A stretch of DNA of 64,000 nucleotides from an uncultured Pseudomonadales bacterium (GCA_963976815.1 CAXBLU010000007.1:41645-105644); one strand, 5' to 3'. Numbered from the stretch's first letter, positions 40,077-51,030 are shown. Notes: generated by a model from the sequence alone, not told the origin. Numbers and translations: made by a program.

Positions 40077-40166
40077 CGCTGAGGGCTTTTTATTCGCTGA
40101 GGGCTCTCTATCCGCTGAGGGCTCTCTTTTCGCTGAGGGCTCTCTACCCGCTGAGGGCTCTTGCCA
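40077..40166. repeat. 5 x 18 bp tandem direct repeat in the leuS upstream intergenic region
   Basis: CGCTGAGGGC starts at 40077, 40095, 40113, 40131 and 40149. The units are CGCTGAGGGCTTTTTATT, ...CTCTCTATC, ...CTCTCTTTT, ...CTCTCTACC and ...CTCTTGCCA. Confidence 0.85.
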
Positions 40167-40278
40167 AACAGAGACCGCAATTAGCGGTTAGAAGCTGTTT
40201 GGCTAAGCGGTCGTGCAAAAACTCGAATAAGAGCTAAGTTTAATAGAACTTCTCTGCTTATTTTAGCCTTCTACTACT

Positions 40279-40527
40279 ATGGCGACGCGACACCACATCA
40301 ACCAGTTGATTCGATACCACCGGGAAACTCTGTTGGATCAGATTGCAGTGCTGCACAGTCAGATAGAAGAAAACCTGGAAAATCGTCAATCAATTCGCCA
40401 CATTAAGGATCTTATTGCCGAGCGGCAACAGTACCTGAGTCAGTTCGACGAAGGATCCGCACACCCATCAGCAGCAACCCGAGACCCAGCAATAAAGGCC
40501 AATCGCCAACCCGCGTATAAGGCGTAG
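40279..40527 (+). CDS. hypothetical small protein (uncertain)
   Basis: The N-terminal 55 aa of this 82-aa ORF look like a coiled coil (LLDQIAVLHSQIEENLENRQSIRHIKDLIAERQQYL). The 3' 116 nt overlap the convergent lnt gene, so the ORF may be spurious. Confidence 0.25.
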   Translation: MATRHHINQLIRYHRETLLDQIAVLHSQIEENLENRQSIRHIKDLIAERQQYLSQFDEGSAHPSAATRDPAIKANRQPAYKA

Positions 40528-41929
40528 CACCCTGGTAGGGTACAACCAGGCCCCGTAAAACACCTTGTTCGAACTGCGGTAATCGCCCCGTGATCTGCCC
40601 TTCAGGATTCACAATCGCTGTAATACCGTTATTGGTAGCCCGTACTAAATACCGACCATTTTCCATGGCTCGCATTTGCGCCATCTGCATATGTTGATGG
40701 GGTCCAACGGATTTACCAAACCAGGTGTCGTTACTGATCGTGACCAGCAGACCGGCTGTATCTGCTTGATCCCGCACCAAATTAGGGAAGGCAATTTCGT
40801 AACAGATCGATAGGCCTAGCGCGACATCACCGAGCATCAGCTGCGGTTGGTTGCTAGCCCCCGCCCGATTGTGTGACATGGGCAAATCAAAAAATTGAAT
40901 AATGCCCCGCAGCCAGGACTCCATCGGCATATACTCGCCAAAGGGCACCAGGTGTCGTTTTGTGTAGTCGCCGCTGCCTTCACCCAGACCAATTGCCGAA
41001 TTGAAATACTGCCCCGCTTCCCTGCTCGGCAACCCCAACAAAAGTCCTGTACCTGCCGCCTTACCCCTTTGATCAAGGGCGCTGAGCAACTGGGTTGCAC
41101 TGTCCTTAAAGAGGGTAATTGAGGCTTCCGGCCAGACAATTAAATCCCGACTCCACTCGGACTCAGACAGTTGCAAATAGCGCTCAATAATGGGATTTAT
41201 CTGGGCCCGTTGCCATTTGGTTTGCTGGGCAATATTACCCTGGATCAGGCTCACTGATATGGGGTCCGCTGCCGGCTCCGTAAAGCGAACTTTCTGCACA
41301 CCCAGCCCCACCACGATGGGCAAGGCTGCAGCAATAAGGAAAATGAAGCGTTTCTCAGTTGCCCGCCTGAAGGACGCAAACAATGCTGCCGCCATAAATA
41401 CGGTCAAATACCCAATACCAAACACCCCAATAAATGGAGCTAGATCACCAAGGGGCGTCTGAACATGCCCATAACCGACTAGTGCCCAGGGGAACCCTGT
41501 GAACAGCCAACTGGTACTCCATTCCTTAAAAAACCATAGGGCAGGAAACGCTGCAATCAAACCCAGGATTGAACCCGCAAAAAAGCGTTGGTAAATAAAC
41601 CCTTGAATCAGGACCACTAAAGAAATGGCGGCAACAAAAAGAAATACCAAAAAGCCCGCCAGCAACGGACTCGCACCCCCATGGGTGTTGACTGAAACAT
41701 AGAGCCAGGAAGCACCCAGGGAGTATTGGCCGAGACCTAAGAGATACCAGCGCCACAACGCTCTTTTAAGGGGTGCAGCTTCAAGCACCGCTAACAGCAG
41801 GAGCAGACCTACAATCGAAGACCACCAGAAGTGAAAAGGCGCTAGGGCTAGCGGCAACATTAAACCCGCTACAAACGCTAGCAGATCCGTTAGCCAGGGG
41901 CGGCCAGGGAAAAGCTCACGACCGGACAA
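40412..41929 (-). CDS. lnt: apolipoprotein N-acyltransferase
   Basis: The 505-aa protein has a polytopic N-terminus and a CN-hydrolase domain (LIVWPE, LSICYE). It sits in the conserved position after corC. Confidence 0.9.
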   Translation of the reverse strand: MSGRELFPGRPWLTDLLAFVAGLMLPLALAPFHFWWSSIVGLLLLLAVLEAAPLKRALWRWYLLGLGQYSLGASWLYVSVNTHGGASPLLAGFLVFLFVAAISLVVLIQGFIYQRFFAGSILGLIAAFPALWFFKEWSTSWLFTGFPWALVGYGHVQTPLGDLAPFIGVFGIGYLTVFMAAALFASFRRATEKRFIFLIAAALPIVVGLGVQKVRFTEPAADPISVSLIQGNIAQQTKWQRAQINPIIERYLQLSESEWSRDLIVWPEASITLFKDSATQLLSALDQRGKAAGTGLLLGLPSREAGQYFNSAIGLGEGSGDYTKRHLVPFGEYMPMESWLRGIIQFFDLPMSHNRAGASNQPQLMLGDVALGLSICYEIAFPNLVRDQADTAGLLVTISNDTWFGKSVGPHQHMQMAQMRAMENGRYLVRATNNGITAIVNPEGQITGRLPQFEQGVLRGLVVPYQGATPYTRVGDWPLLLGLGLLLMGVRILRRTDSGTVAARQ

Positions 41930-41935
41930 AACGGC

Positions 41936-42784
41936 CTACTTGACCTTCTTATTCTTAGGGAGCTGCATTCTTAAAAGTTTGATCCGGCGATTGTCAGCAT
42001 TCAACACTTCAAATCGATAACCATTAATGTCGACTTTTTCTTCTCGTTCAGGCAAATGCCCAAAGTGATGGGTGACAACACCACCCACCGTATCGAACTC
42101 GTCTTCTGGGAATTTGGCATTAAACACCTGATTAAAATCGCTAATCGAAGTCCGCGCTTTTACTGTGTAATGACCGTCTGCATGCTTGTTAATGAAGTCT
42201 TCTTCACTAAAGTCATATTCATCTTCAATATCACCCACAATCTGCTCTAACACATCTTCAATGGTGATCATTCCGGACACACCACCGTACTCGTCAAACA
42301 CTACCGCGAGGTGATTTCGAGTAGCACGGAATTCCTGCAGCAGCACATTTAGTCGTTTGCTCTCGGGAATTGCCGTACAGGGCCGCAGAAGATCACGAAG
42401 CTTAAATTTACCCCGTTGATCCTGAAGCGCCATTGGCAGGAGATCTTTTGCGAGCAGAATACCAACCACCTCATCGGGGTTGTCAGCAAAAACCGGAAAA
42501 CGTGAGTGCCCGGATTCAATCACCATGGGCAAAATATCCTCGGGTGTCATATCAAGACGCACAACAACCATTTGCGAGCGAGGAATCATGATCTCCCGCG
42601 CCTGCATATCCGAGACCGTCAACGCACCTTCAATAATGCTTAAGGCTTCCGCATCCAATAGGTCGCGCTGCTCTGATGATCTCAGAACTTCCAGCAGCTC
42701 GCTTCTTGAACTGGGCTCACCCGTTAATGCAAGAGAGAGTCGTTCTAACCAACCCTTGTCACTCCCGCTATCTTGTTCACTCAT
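41936..42784 (-). CDS. corC: CBS-pair plus CorC/HlyC-domain magnesium/cobalt efflux-associated protein
   Basis: The protein has tandem CBS domains and a C-terminal transporter-associated domain. The gene order ybeZ-ybeY-ybeX(corC)-lnt is conserved. Confidence 0.88.
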   Translation of the reverse strand: MSEQDSGSDKGWLERLSLALTGEPSSRSELLEVLRSSEQRDLLDAEALSIIEGALTVSDMQAREIMIPRSQMVVVRLDMTPEDILPMVIESGHSRFPVFADNPDEVVGILLAKDLLPMALQDQRGKFKLRDLLRPCTAIPESKRLNVLLQEFRATRNHLAVVFDEYGGVSGMITIEDVLEQIVGDIEDEYDFSEEDFINKHADGHYTVKARTSISDFNQVFNAKFPEDEFDTVGGVVTHHFGHLPEREEKVDINGYRFEVLNADNRRIKLLRMQLPKNKKVK

Positions 42785-42814
42785 TACGGCTTCCTGTTGT
42801 CACCCTAGTACCAA

Positions 42815-43300
42815 CTATTCATAGGGATTAGGGAACCCCATTGTACGTAAAATGTCTATTTCGATCTGCTCCATCTCCTCGGCTTCCGAGGACTCAACAT
42901 GATCAAAACCCAGTAAATGCATCACACCATGAACCACCATGTGAGCAAAGTGTGCTTGCACAGTTTTATCCTGTGTCCTGGCTTCCCGCCGGACCACCTC
43001 GGCACAAATTGCCAGGTCCCCGAGCAACAATCTCTGATCTGGCAATCCGCCATCCAGTGGGAATGATAGTACGTTAGTGGGCGCATACTTATTGCGATAG
43101 AGCTCATTTAATGCCTGACTCTCGTCTTCATCCACAATTTTGACCGCGAGTTCACAGGGCGCAACACCTCGATCCAAAAGCGTCTGAATGGCCCATTGAG
43201 AAAATTCTTCATCGGTTGGGTCGTCGGCTAATCGCGATTCCGGCACACCCCAGATCACGGCAACATCATGGGGCAGATCACGTTGGGCTGCGTCATTCAT
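42815..43300 (-). CDS. ybeY: rRNA maturation endoribonuclease YbeY
   Basis: The zinc motif HGVMHLLGFDH is present. The protein is 161 aa. Confidence 0.93.
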   Translation of the reverse strand: MNDAAQRDLPHDVAVIWGVPESRLADDPTDEEFSQWAIQTLLDRGVAPCELAVKIVDEDESQALNELYRNKYAPTNVLSFPLDGGLPDQRLLLGDLAICAEVVRREARTQDKTVQAHFAHMVVHGVMHLLGFDHVESSEAEEMEQIEIDILRTMGFPNPYE

Positions 43301-44294
43301 GTTCGTTGTCTACTTCGTGACGTTCATAGGCTTCAACAATCCTTTGCACCAATGGATGGCGGACAACGTCCCGGGGCGAGAATCGGGTAAATGAAATGCC
43401 ATTCACACCATCCAACACCTCTAGTACGTGGCGTAAGCCTGACTTGGTCCGATGGGGTAAATCCACCTGGGTAACATCCCCTGTGACCACAACCGTTGAA
43501 CCAAATCCCACTCGAGTAAGAAACATCTTCATTTGTTCGACCGTGGTGTTCTGACTTTCGTCCAGAATGATATAGGAATCATTCAGGGTGCGGCCGCGCA
43601 TATAAGCCAGGGGCGCAACCTCAATCACACTGCGTTCGATCAACTTTTCTACTTTCTCAAAACCGAGCATTTCATAAAGAGCATCGTAAAGCGGACGCAG
43701 ATATGGGTCGATCTTCTGGCTCAAATCCCCTGGTAGGAAGCCTAATTTTTCTCCAGCCTCGACCGCCGGACGAACCAATAATATGCGCCGGATACGCTCC
43801 TGCTCCAGGGCCTCCACCGCACACGCTACCGCAAGGTAGGTCTTGCCTGTGCCCGCGGGACCAACACCAAAGTTAATATCGTGACTACGAATTGCATCAA
43901 CGTAGGTAACCTGATTCGCGCCTCGGGGTTTGATGCTCTTCTTCTTGGTTTGGATTAACCCATCCGACGACGGTCCAGCCCCGTTTTCTGTGAGGGCTTC
44001 CACCCCGGACTCCTGTAGAAATAGATGTACAACCTCAGCGGTCAGCCGGGTACCGCTGGTGACTTCTCGATACATCTGATTGAGCAGCTCACTAGCAGCA
44101 TAGGTCACACTCCTTTCACCAAACAATTCGAAGTTGTTGCCGCGATTTTTAATGGTTATCCCGAGTCGGGATTCTATTTGGCGCAGGTGTGCGTCAAACG
44201 GTCCACATAATATGGCGAGCTGATGACTATCGTTGGGTTCCAGCTGAAGCTGGTGGGGTTCGCTGTTGGCGTTCAATGGCGTGGTATAGCTCAA
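43293..44294 (-). CDS. ybeZ: PhoH-family ATPase
   Basis: Walker A is GPAGTGKTYLAV and the Walker B-like motif is YIILDESQN. Confidence 0.9.
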   Translation of the reverse strand: MSYTTPLNANSEPHQLQLEPNDSHQLAILCGPFDAHLRQIESRLGITIKNRGNNFELFGERSVTYAASELLNQMYREVTSGTRLTAEVVHLFLQESGVEALTENGAGPSSDGLIQTKKKSIKPRGANQVTYVDAIRSHDINFGVGPAGTGKTYLAVACAVEALEQERIRRILLVRPAVEAGEKLGFLPGDLSQKIDPYLRPLYDALYEMLGFEKVEKLIERSVIEVAPLAYMRGRTLNDSYIILDESQNTTVEQMKMFLTRVGFGSTVVVTGDVTQVDLPHRTKSGLRHVLEVLDGVNGISFTRFSPRDVVRHPLVQRIVEAYERHEVDNEHE

Positions 44295-44342
44295 TGGATG
44301 ATCAGGATACCCGCTGAATCAGGGGCATGAAAGGAAAAAGAT

Positions 44343-45755
44343 TTAGTTCCGAGCAACATCTCGACGATCATCGTCTGAAACGAGCACTCCTCGTAGTGAG
44401 TTAGGCAGGGCTTCATAAATCTCAACCATCGCAAACTGGCCGACAAGCCCCTCGTCCAGGGATGAGAAGTTCACAACTCGATTGTTTTCAGTTCTACCCT
44501 GAAGTTGCCCCGGATCTTTCTTGGATTGACCGGTGACTAGAATGGACTGGGTAGTACCAACCATATCCCTGCTGATTTTCATGGCGTGATTTAGAATCCG
44601 ACTTTGCAAGCGGCTAAGTCGCGCCTTTTTCTCTTCCATTGGGGTTTCATCGGGTAGATCCGCGGCGGGTGTACCGGGTCGGGCGCTGTAGATAAAGCTA
44701 AAGGAAAGATCAAAGCCGATTTCTGAGATCAAATCCATGGTCTGTTCGAAATCTGCATCCGTTTCACCGGGAAAGCCAATAATAAAGTCCGAGGACAGAC
44801 TAATATCGGGTCTGATTTTTCTCAGGCGCCGAATCTTGGACTTGTACTCCAAAGCCGTATGGCCCCGCTTCATGCGGGCTAAAATGCGATCGGAACCGCT
44901 TTGCACCGGCAAGTGCAGATGACTCACCAATTCTGGCACATCCGCGTACACATCAATCAAACTGTCGGAAAACTCAACGGGATGGGAGGTGGTATAGCGA
45001 ATTCGGTCGATGCCCTCGATATCTGCCACAATCCGAATCAAATAGGCCAGATCTGCGACACCGCCATTGCCCCCATCATCATTAGCGATGGGACCACGAT
45101 AGGCATTCACATTCTGGCCGAGCAAATTAACTTCCCTGACGCCCTGTTTGGCCAATCCGATAATTTCAATTAATACATCCTCGAGGGGGCGACTGACTTC
45201 TTCACCACGGGTGTAGGGCACCACGCAGAAAGTGCAGTACTTGCTACAGCCCTCCATAATGGAGACAAATGCCGTGGGGCCGTCCGCAGAGGGTGCTGGA
45301 AGCTGATCGAACTTCTCTATTTCCGGAAACGTAATGTCAACAACGGCAGACTTTGCCGCTTCAGAATTTTTAATCAATTCGGGTAGTCGGTGTAGGGTTT
45401 GCGGCCCAAAAATGACATCCACATAGGGCGCGCGCTTACTGATCGCTTCACCCTCCTGACTTGCCACACAGCCACCAACACCAATTTTCAATTCCGGGCG
45501 TTTGGCTTTTAGGTTGCGCCAGCGGCCTAGCTGGTGAAACACCTTTTCCTGGGCCTTTTCCCGGATAGAACAGGTATTGAGCAACAACAAGTCAGCTTCG
45601 AGTTCATTATCAGTCAACTCATAGGCACCAGCGTCCTGCAGTAGGTCCAGCATTCGCGCTGAATCATACTCATTCATCTGACAACCATGGGTTTTTATGA
45701 AGACTTTGTTCACTTTTCCGCTACTGGTGGAAAAAAGGGGCGCCATTATAGTCAT
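44343..45755 (-). CDS. miaB: tRNA-2-methylthio-N6-dimethylallyladenosine synthase
   Basis: The UPF0004 N-terminus is [13 protein letters not shown], the radical-SAM motif is CSKYCTFC, and a TRAM-like C-terminus is present. Confidence 0.93.
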   Translation of the reverse strand: MTIMAPLFSTSSGKVNKVFIKTHGCQMNEYDSARMLDLLQDAGAYELTDNELEADLLLLNTCSIREKAQEKVFHQLGRWRNLKAKRPELKIGVGGCVASQEGEAISKRAPYVDVIFGPQTLHRLPELIKNSEAAKSAVVDITFPEIEKFDQLPAPSADGPTAFVSIMEGCSKYCTFCVVPYTRGEEVSRPLEDVLIEIIGLAKQGVREVNLLGQNVNAYRGPIANDDGGNGGVADLAYLIRIVADIEGIDRIRYTTSHPVEFSDSLIDVYADVPELVSHLHLPVQSGSDRILARMKRGHTALEYKSKIRRLRKIRPDISLSSDFIIGFPGETDADFEQTMDLISEIGFDLSFSFIYSARPGTPAADLPDETPMEEKKARLSRLQSRILNHAMKISRDMVGTTQSILVTGQSKKDPGQLQGRTENNRVVNFSSLDEGLVGQFAMVEIYEALPNSLRGVLVSDDDRRDVARN

Positions 45756-45854
45756 CGCGATTGACTAAAGGTAGTGAAAGGGCTTGAAATAGCGTTACAT
45801 AGCATCCATATACGCCAATCAGCGTTTTATTCTGACTAATACTGGACGCCATAC

Positions 45855-46187
45855 ATGTCTGAAACACCGATTTATAAGGTTATATTTGTCAATCAAGGGC
45901 AAGTTTTTGAAGTATTTGCCCGGCAAATTTACCAGAGCGACCTCTATGGCTTTATTGAGCTAGAAGAACTCGTGTTCGGTGAGCGCTCGCAAATGCTGGT
46001 AGATCCCTCCGAGGAACGCCTGAAAGCGGAATTCGACGGCGTTAACCGCAGCTATATCCCCATGCACTCAATTGTCCGAATTGACGAGGTTGCAAAAGAG
46101 GGTGTTGGCAAAATTTCTGAGGCAAAGGGCAGCAACAATGTTTCTTTGTTCCCCAGCCCCGCATTTACGCCGAAGACCGTCGATTAA
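45855..46187 (+). CDS. conserved small protein (recalled as DUF1820-like)
   Basis: The IYKVIFVNQGQVFEVFARQIYQS...VDPSEE...IPMHSIVRIDEV pattern matches my memory of that family. This was not verified. Confidence 0.6.
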   Translation: MSETPIYKVIFVNQGQVFEVFARQIYQSDLYGFIELEELVFGERSQMLVDPSEERLKAEFDGVNRSYIPMHSIVRIDEVAKEGVGKISEAKGSNNVSLFPSPAFTPKTVD

Positions 46188-46195
46188 GTAGAGCA

Positions 46196-47719
46196 TTGCG
46201 CATTAATGACCACCCAACGGACAAGATTGCCTACCAAATGTTGGGCAGCGGCGTTGAGGTTACCTATGGCGAACTAAACGCCGGCTCAAATCAGGCAGCC
46301 CACCTTTTTCGCGACCGCGGCATCCTCGCTGGAGACGGCATTGCCATTTGGCTGCCAAACCACGAAGAATTTCTCAAAATCACCTGGGCCGCCCAACGGG
46401 GAGGACTCTACTACACGCCAATTAGCACTTTTTTCCAGACTGACGAGGTCACCTATATCCTCGATAACTCTGACGCCCGGTTGCTGGTGACAAACCCAGA
46501 ACTGCTTGCCCGCTTGCCAGAGTCCTTTCTCGCCAGCACAGAACTCGACATCTTGCTTGTTGATGGCTCAAACGCCGGTGGGGAAGCTCCGGGCTATCCA
46601 AACTGGATTGACGAACGAGCTAGATACCCATCCACGGCAATTGCCGATGAATACGAAGGCGCCGAGATGATTTATTCATCGGGTACAACAGGGCGCCCCA
46701 AGGGTGTCCGTTTTCCTTTGCAGTTCAATGAGATTGGGACGGTTTCCGACCTATTCAAAACCAGAATCCAGATGCATAACCTGAACTCAGAGGTTCGCTA
46801 CCTGTCTACGGCTCCGATGTATCACTCGGCACCACTGCGCTACAACATGATGGTGACCCGGCTGGGAGGCACCGCCTATATTCTCGAAAAGTTCGATGCA
46901 GAAGCCGCCCTTAGCGCCATCCATCAACATCAAATTACCCACAGCCAATGGGTCCCAACGATGTTTGTGCGACTCCTAAAACTACCCCGGGAGATTCGTG
47001 ACCAATATGACTTGAGCTCCCTTCGGTACGCCATTCACGCTGCTGCCCCCTGCCCTGTTGATATCAAACAACAGATGATTGACTGGTTTGGACCGGTCAT
47101 TTATGAGTACTACTCAGGAACCGAGGCAAACGGTTCGACGGCGATTACAACCGAAGAATGGCTATCCCATCGCGGTAGTGTTGGCCGGGCGATTCACGGT
47201 GAGCTTCATATCCTAAACGATAACGGCGTCGAGGTGCCGCCACTCGAATCCGGCAGCGTGTATTTTGCTCGGGGTTCAGATTTCAGCTACTACAAGGATG
47301 ACAAAAAGACAGCCGCGGCAAAAAATGCCGCAGGTTGGTCAACCCTGGGGGACATAGGCTATGTTGATGCTGAGGGGTATCTCTACCTACAGGATCGAAA
47401 ATCTTTCATGATTATTTCCGGAGGCGTGAATATTTACCCTCAGGAGGTTGAGAATCTATTAGTTAATCATCCGAAGGTAGCAGACGTGGCTGTATTTGGT
47501 GTGCCAAATGAAGAGTTTGGTGAAGAAGTCAAAGCCGTTGTCGAACTACTCCCCGGGGAACTCAGTTCCGAGCAACTGGCTCTTGAACTAATTGATTATT
47601 GTCGAGAAAAACTTTCCCACGTCAAATGCCCCCGCAGCATCGACTTCAGCCTCGCACTACCGCGTCATCCAACGGGCAAGCTCTACAAAAAGCCCCTTAG
47701 AGATCAATACTGGGCATAA
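46196..47719 (+). CDS. acyl-CoA synthetase (AMP-forming ligase family)
   Basis: The AMP-binding motif is IYSSGTTGRPKGV. Later motifs are YYSGTE and GDIGYVDAEGYLYLQDRK. The start codon is TTG. Confidence 0.88.
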   Translation: MRINDHPTDKIAYQMLGSGVEVTYGELNAGSNQAAHLFRDRGILAGDGIAIWLPNHEEFLKITWAAQRGGLYYTPISTFFQTDEVTYILDNSDARLLVTNPELLARLPESFLASTELDILLVDGSNAGGEAPGYPNWIDERARYPSTAIADEYEGAEMIYSSGTTGRPKGVRFPLQFNEIGTVSDLFKTRIQMHNLNSEVRYLSTAPMYHSAPLRYNMMVTRLGGTAYILEKFDAEAALSAIHQHQITHSQWVPTMFVRLLKLPREIRDQYDLSSLRYAIHAAAPCPVDIKQQMIDWFGPVIYEYYSGTEANGSTAITTEEWLSHRGSVGRAIHGELHILNDNGVEVPPLESGSVYFARGSDFSYYKDDKKTAAAKNAAGWSTLGDIGYVDAEGYLYLQDRKSFMIISGGVNIYPQEVENLLVNHPKVADVAVFGVPNEEFGEEVKAVVELLPGELSSEQLALELIDYCREKLSHVKCPRSIDFSLALPRHPTGKLYKKPLRDQYWA

Positions 47720-47775
47720 CTTGAGGAATTCCGGATCTGGTCTACACTTACGATAACCCGTCAAGGAATGACCCA

Positions 47776-48066
47776 ATGGCCAAGCGTAGAATCGTCCTCA
47801 CCAGTCAGGAAATGAATGAACTGAATGGCAAAATCAAACTGCTCGAGTCTCAACTCAGCCGCTCGAACCATCGTGTTGGCGAGTTAGAAACAGGCGTTCA
47901 AAAAATCCAGAAACTTGTCGCGAAGAAAACCAAGCGTAAAGACCCGGATGCTCTGTGCGAAGAAGTCATCAATCTTGCGGCTAAAGCCATCAACCCCCCG
48001 GTAACCGTCCGCGAAGAACGGCTTGCAGCTGAAGCCGAGGAAGCTGAACTGGCTACAGCCGGCTAA
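47776..48066 (+). CDS. hypothetical coiled-coil protein (96 aa)
   Basis: This is an ORF only, with heptad-like sequence. Its 3' 14 nt overlap the convergent folK gene. Confidence 0.35.
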   Translation: MAKRRIVLTSQEMNELNGKIKLLESQLSRSNHRVGELETGVQKIQKLVAKKTKRKDPDALCEEVINLAAKAINPPVTVREERLAAEAEEAELATAG

Positions 48067-48538
48067 TTTCCATCGCTGGCGCATTCTGGATCAACACATC
48101 AATTCTGATTTGCTGACCCGGCAAGATAAACCCTGGACAAATTTCTGCCAGGGGTAACAAAACGAATAACCGTTCTACTGTTCTGGGGTGCGGTACCTCA
48201 AGTTCCGGTCTGGCAATTTGCTCTTCACCGTAAGTGATCAAATCCAGATCTATGGCCCGGGCTACATTTTTCCCGTGATCGAAGGGCCGCCCCATCTCAA
48301 TTTCGAGCGCCTGGAGTTCCGCCAATAGGCTCCCGGCGGCAAGGGTAGTCTCGAATGCCACCACTGCGTTGACAAAGGCCCCCGATTGATCATTCATACC
48401 CACAGGTTCTGAGCGCCACAGCGAGGATCGCAACAAAGCCCCCTCCGCCAGAGCCTGCAAACGATCCATCGCTAGTTCAACCTGGGCTACCGGGTTGCCT
48501 GCATTTGCACCAATCGCAACAATCACCTCAGGCATCAT
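48053..48538 (-). CDS. folK: 2-amino-4-hydroxy-6-hydroxymethyldihydropteridine diphosphokinase
   Basis: The sequence shows the HPPK pattern: VAIGANAGNP, WRSEPVG, RAIDLDLI, VPHPR and R.FVLLPLAEI. Confidence 0.88.
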   Translation of the reverse strand: MMPEVIVAIGANAGNPVAQVELAMDRLQALAEGALLRSSLWRSEPVGMNDQSGAFVNAVVAFETTLAAGSLLAELQALEIEMGRPFDHGKNVARAIDLDLITYGEEQIARPELEVPHPRTVERLFVLLPLAEICPGFILPGQQIRIDVLIQNAPAMEISRL

Positions 48539-48714
48539 TATCTTCAGGGCTTTCCACAGCCCAGTTCACAGTAATGTTGATTAATAGCAATTCCATTTCC
48601 AATCGTGATAGTTTTACCGTCGAAACTTTTACTGAATTTAGGCTTCAAATTGTAGCTCTAATTCTTAGCTTTATTTATTAGCTCTAAATACATGAACTAT
48701 AAGGGGAAGTCACA

Positions 48715-49800
48715 ATGAAAGCAGCTGTCCTACGGGAAGCCAACAAACCACTCGAAATCGAAGAAGTTCAAATTTCCAAACCCGGCCCACGGGAAGTCAT
48801 GGTTAGACCTATTGCCGCGGGTGTTTGTCACAGTGACCTGCACTTTATGGATGGCTCCTACCCCTACATGTTGCCAACCATCCTCGGCCACGAAAGCGCC
48901 GGGATTGTTGAAGAAGTTGGTTCCGACGTGACCTACGTCAAGAAAGGCGACCATGTCATCACTTGCTTGTCTGCCTTCTGTGGCCATTGTGAAAAATGTA
49001 TCACAGGGCATCTATCACTTTGCGCATCTCCTGAGGTCTCCCGTAAGCAAGAAGAAGAATCTCGATTATCTATTGGCGGCGCACCGGTTCACCAGTTTTT
49101 GAATCTTTCTTCTTTTGCTGAACTCATGCTGATCCACGAACATGCCCTGGTAAAAGTCCGTGAAGATATGCCAATGGACAGAGCGGCTCTAATCGGTTGT
49201 TCAACCACAACGGGTGTGGGCGCAGTGTTCCACACCGCAAAGGTTGAACCTGGTTCAAAGGTTGCCGTAATTGGTTGTGGCGGTGTGGGCCTTGCGGCTA
49301 TTAATGGCGCGGCGATTGCCGGCGCATCTCAGATTATCGCCGTTGACATGGTTGACTCAAAACTAGAACTCGCCAAAGCAGTAGGCGCAACCCATACAAT
49401 CAATGCGAGCAAATGCGATGCGGTCGGTGAAGTCCTCGAGCTGACCCAGGGTGGTTGTCACTACACATTTGAGGCCATTGGCCTAAAGGCAACCGCGGAG
49501 CAGGCATTCAAGATGCTGCAATCCGGCGGCGTTGCCACCGTAATCGGCATGATTCCCATCGGCACCATGGTCGAAGTTCATGGTGTTGAATTGCTCGCTG
49601 AAAAGAAACTACAGGGGTCGAATATGGGATCAAACCGATTCCGAGTCGATATGCCTCGCTTCATCGATTTTTATCTCGATGGTAAGTTGCATTTGGACCA
49701 GATGATCTCGAAGCATATTAAGCTTGCGGAAGTGAACGATGCGTTAAACGCGCTGAAAACTGGCCAGGAAGCGCGTCACATCATTATGTTTGACCAATAG
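48715..49800 (+). CDS. zinc-dependent alcohol dehydrogenase
   Basis: The motifs GVCHSDLH and GHESAGIVEEVG are present, along with the structural-zinc Cys cluster CGHCEKC and the Rossmann motif IGCGGVG. Confidence 0.9.
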   Translation: MKAAVLREANKPLEIEEVQISKPGPREVMVRPIAAGVCHSDLHFMDGSYPYMLPTILGHESAGIVEEVGSDVTYVKKGDHVITCLSAFCGHCEKCITGHLSLCASPEVSRKQEEESRLSIGGAPVHQFLNLSSFAELMLIHEHALVKVREDMPMDRAALIGCSTTTGVGAVFHTAKVEPGSKVAVIGCGGVGLAAINGAAIAGASQIIAVDMVDSKLELAKAVGATHTINASKCDAVGEVLELTQGGCHYTFEAIGLKATAEQAFKMLQSGGVATVIGMIPIGTMVEVHGVELLAEKKLQGSNMGSNRFRVDMPRFIDFYLDGKLHLDQMISKHIKLAEVNDALNALKTGQEARHIIMFDQ

Positions 49801-49836
49801 GCTTAATTTAGAAATACCACTAACCGGACACACTCA

Positions 49837-51030
49837 ATGCGAACAACGCCAGAAGATGTCGGCCTGTCAGGTGCAAGGCTATATAAGATTGATCATCTGA
49901 CCCAACGTTACATTGATGAGGGAAAGTTAGCGGGCACTATTTCGTTGGTGGCTCGGCGCGGCGAGATTGTGCACCTTGAAAGTCAGGGCTTAATGGATAT
50001 CGAAGCCGAGAAGAAGATGCAGGACGACACCATCTTCCGCATTTACTCGATGTCCAAGCCCATCACCAGCGTTGCGTTGATGATGCTTTACGAGGACGGC
50101 TGTTTTCAGCTTGATGACCCAGTATCCCGGTTTATTCCGGGCTTTGCTGACCTACAGGTTTATGGCAAGTCTGGTCACCAAAAAGCAGAACGGCAAATGA
50201 CCATTCGCGATTTGCTCACCCACACTTCCGGTCTTACCTACGGATTTCTCCAAACTCACCCCGTCGATGACCTGTATCGGGATGCCGCGGTGGAAGAATC
50301 CGACACCCTTGATGACATGATCGAAAAGCTTTGCGAATTGCCTTTGGTTTTCTCACCGGGTACACGTTGGCGTTATAGCGTCGCAACGGATGTGTGTGGT
50401 TACCTTGTACAAAAGATTTCTGACATTCCCTTTGATGACTTTCTTAAGGAACAGATCTTTGAACCCCTCGACATGAAAGACACGGGCTTTTATGTCCCTG
50501 AAGCCGAGAGCCATCGATTTGCTGCCAACTATCAAAAAACGCCTGAAGACGGCATGCAACTCATCGACTCGCCTGAACGCAGCCCTTATTTGAAACCAAA
50601 GTCCATGCATTCAGGCGGCGGTGGTTTAGTATCGACGGTCCATGACTACTATCGATTTGCGCAACTCCTGTTGAATGGCGGAGAGTTTGACGGCGTCAGA
50701 CTACTTGGCATCAAAACAATGGAGTTAATGGCCAGCAACCATTTACCCAATAACGGCGATCTGACCAGTATGGGCCAGGCGACTTTTAGCGAGACACCTT
50801 TCGACGGAATAGGATTTGGGCTGGGATTTTCAGTCATGATTGATCCAACCGAGGCTCAGATTCTCGGCTCCCCCGGCGAGTTTGCCTGGGGCGGCGCTGC
50901 CAGCACCTACTTCTGGGTTGACCCTGAGGAGGACATGTTGGTGATTTTCTTAACTCAACTTATGCCATCAGGCAGCTATCCAATTCGGCGAGAATTGCGC
51001 GTGGCAGCATACCAATCTATCATAGACTAA
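49837..51030 (+). CDS. serine hydrolase (beta-lactamase/class C esterase family)
   Basis: The SxxK motif is YSMSKPIT. The protein is 397 aa. Confidence 0.8.
   Translation: MRTTPEDVGLSGARLYKIDHLTQRYIDEGKLAGTISLVARRGEIVHLESQGLMDIEAEKKMQDDTIFRIYSMSKPITSVALMMLYEDGCFQLDDPVSRFIPGFADLQVYGKSGHQKAERQMTIRDLLTHTSGLTYGFLQTHPVDDLYRDAAVEESDTLDDMIEKLCELPLVFSPGTRWRYSVATDVCGYLVQKISDIPFDDFLKEQIFEPLDMKDTGFYVPEAESHRFAANYQKTPEDGMQLIDSPERSPYLKPKSMHSGGGGLVSTVHDYYRFAQLLLNGGEFDGVRLLGIKTMELMASNHLPNNGDLTSMGQATFSETPFDGIGFGLGFSVMIDPTEAQILGSPGEFAWGGAASTYFWVDPEEDMLVIFLTQLMPSGSYPIRRELRVAAYQSIID

Noticed and set aside
40077-40166. I considered whether this tandem repeat array is a CRISPR array.
   Set aside because: The units are contiguous with an 18-bp period and no unique spacers, and no cas genes are nearby. 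It is a simple tandem repeat.
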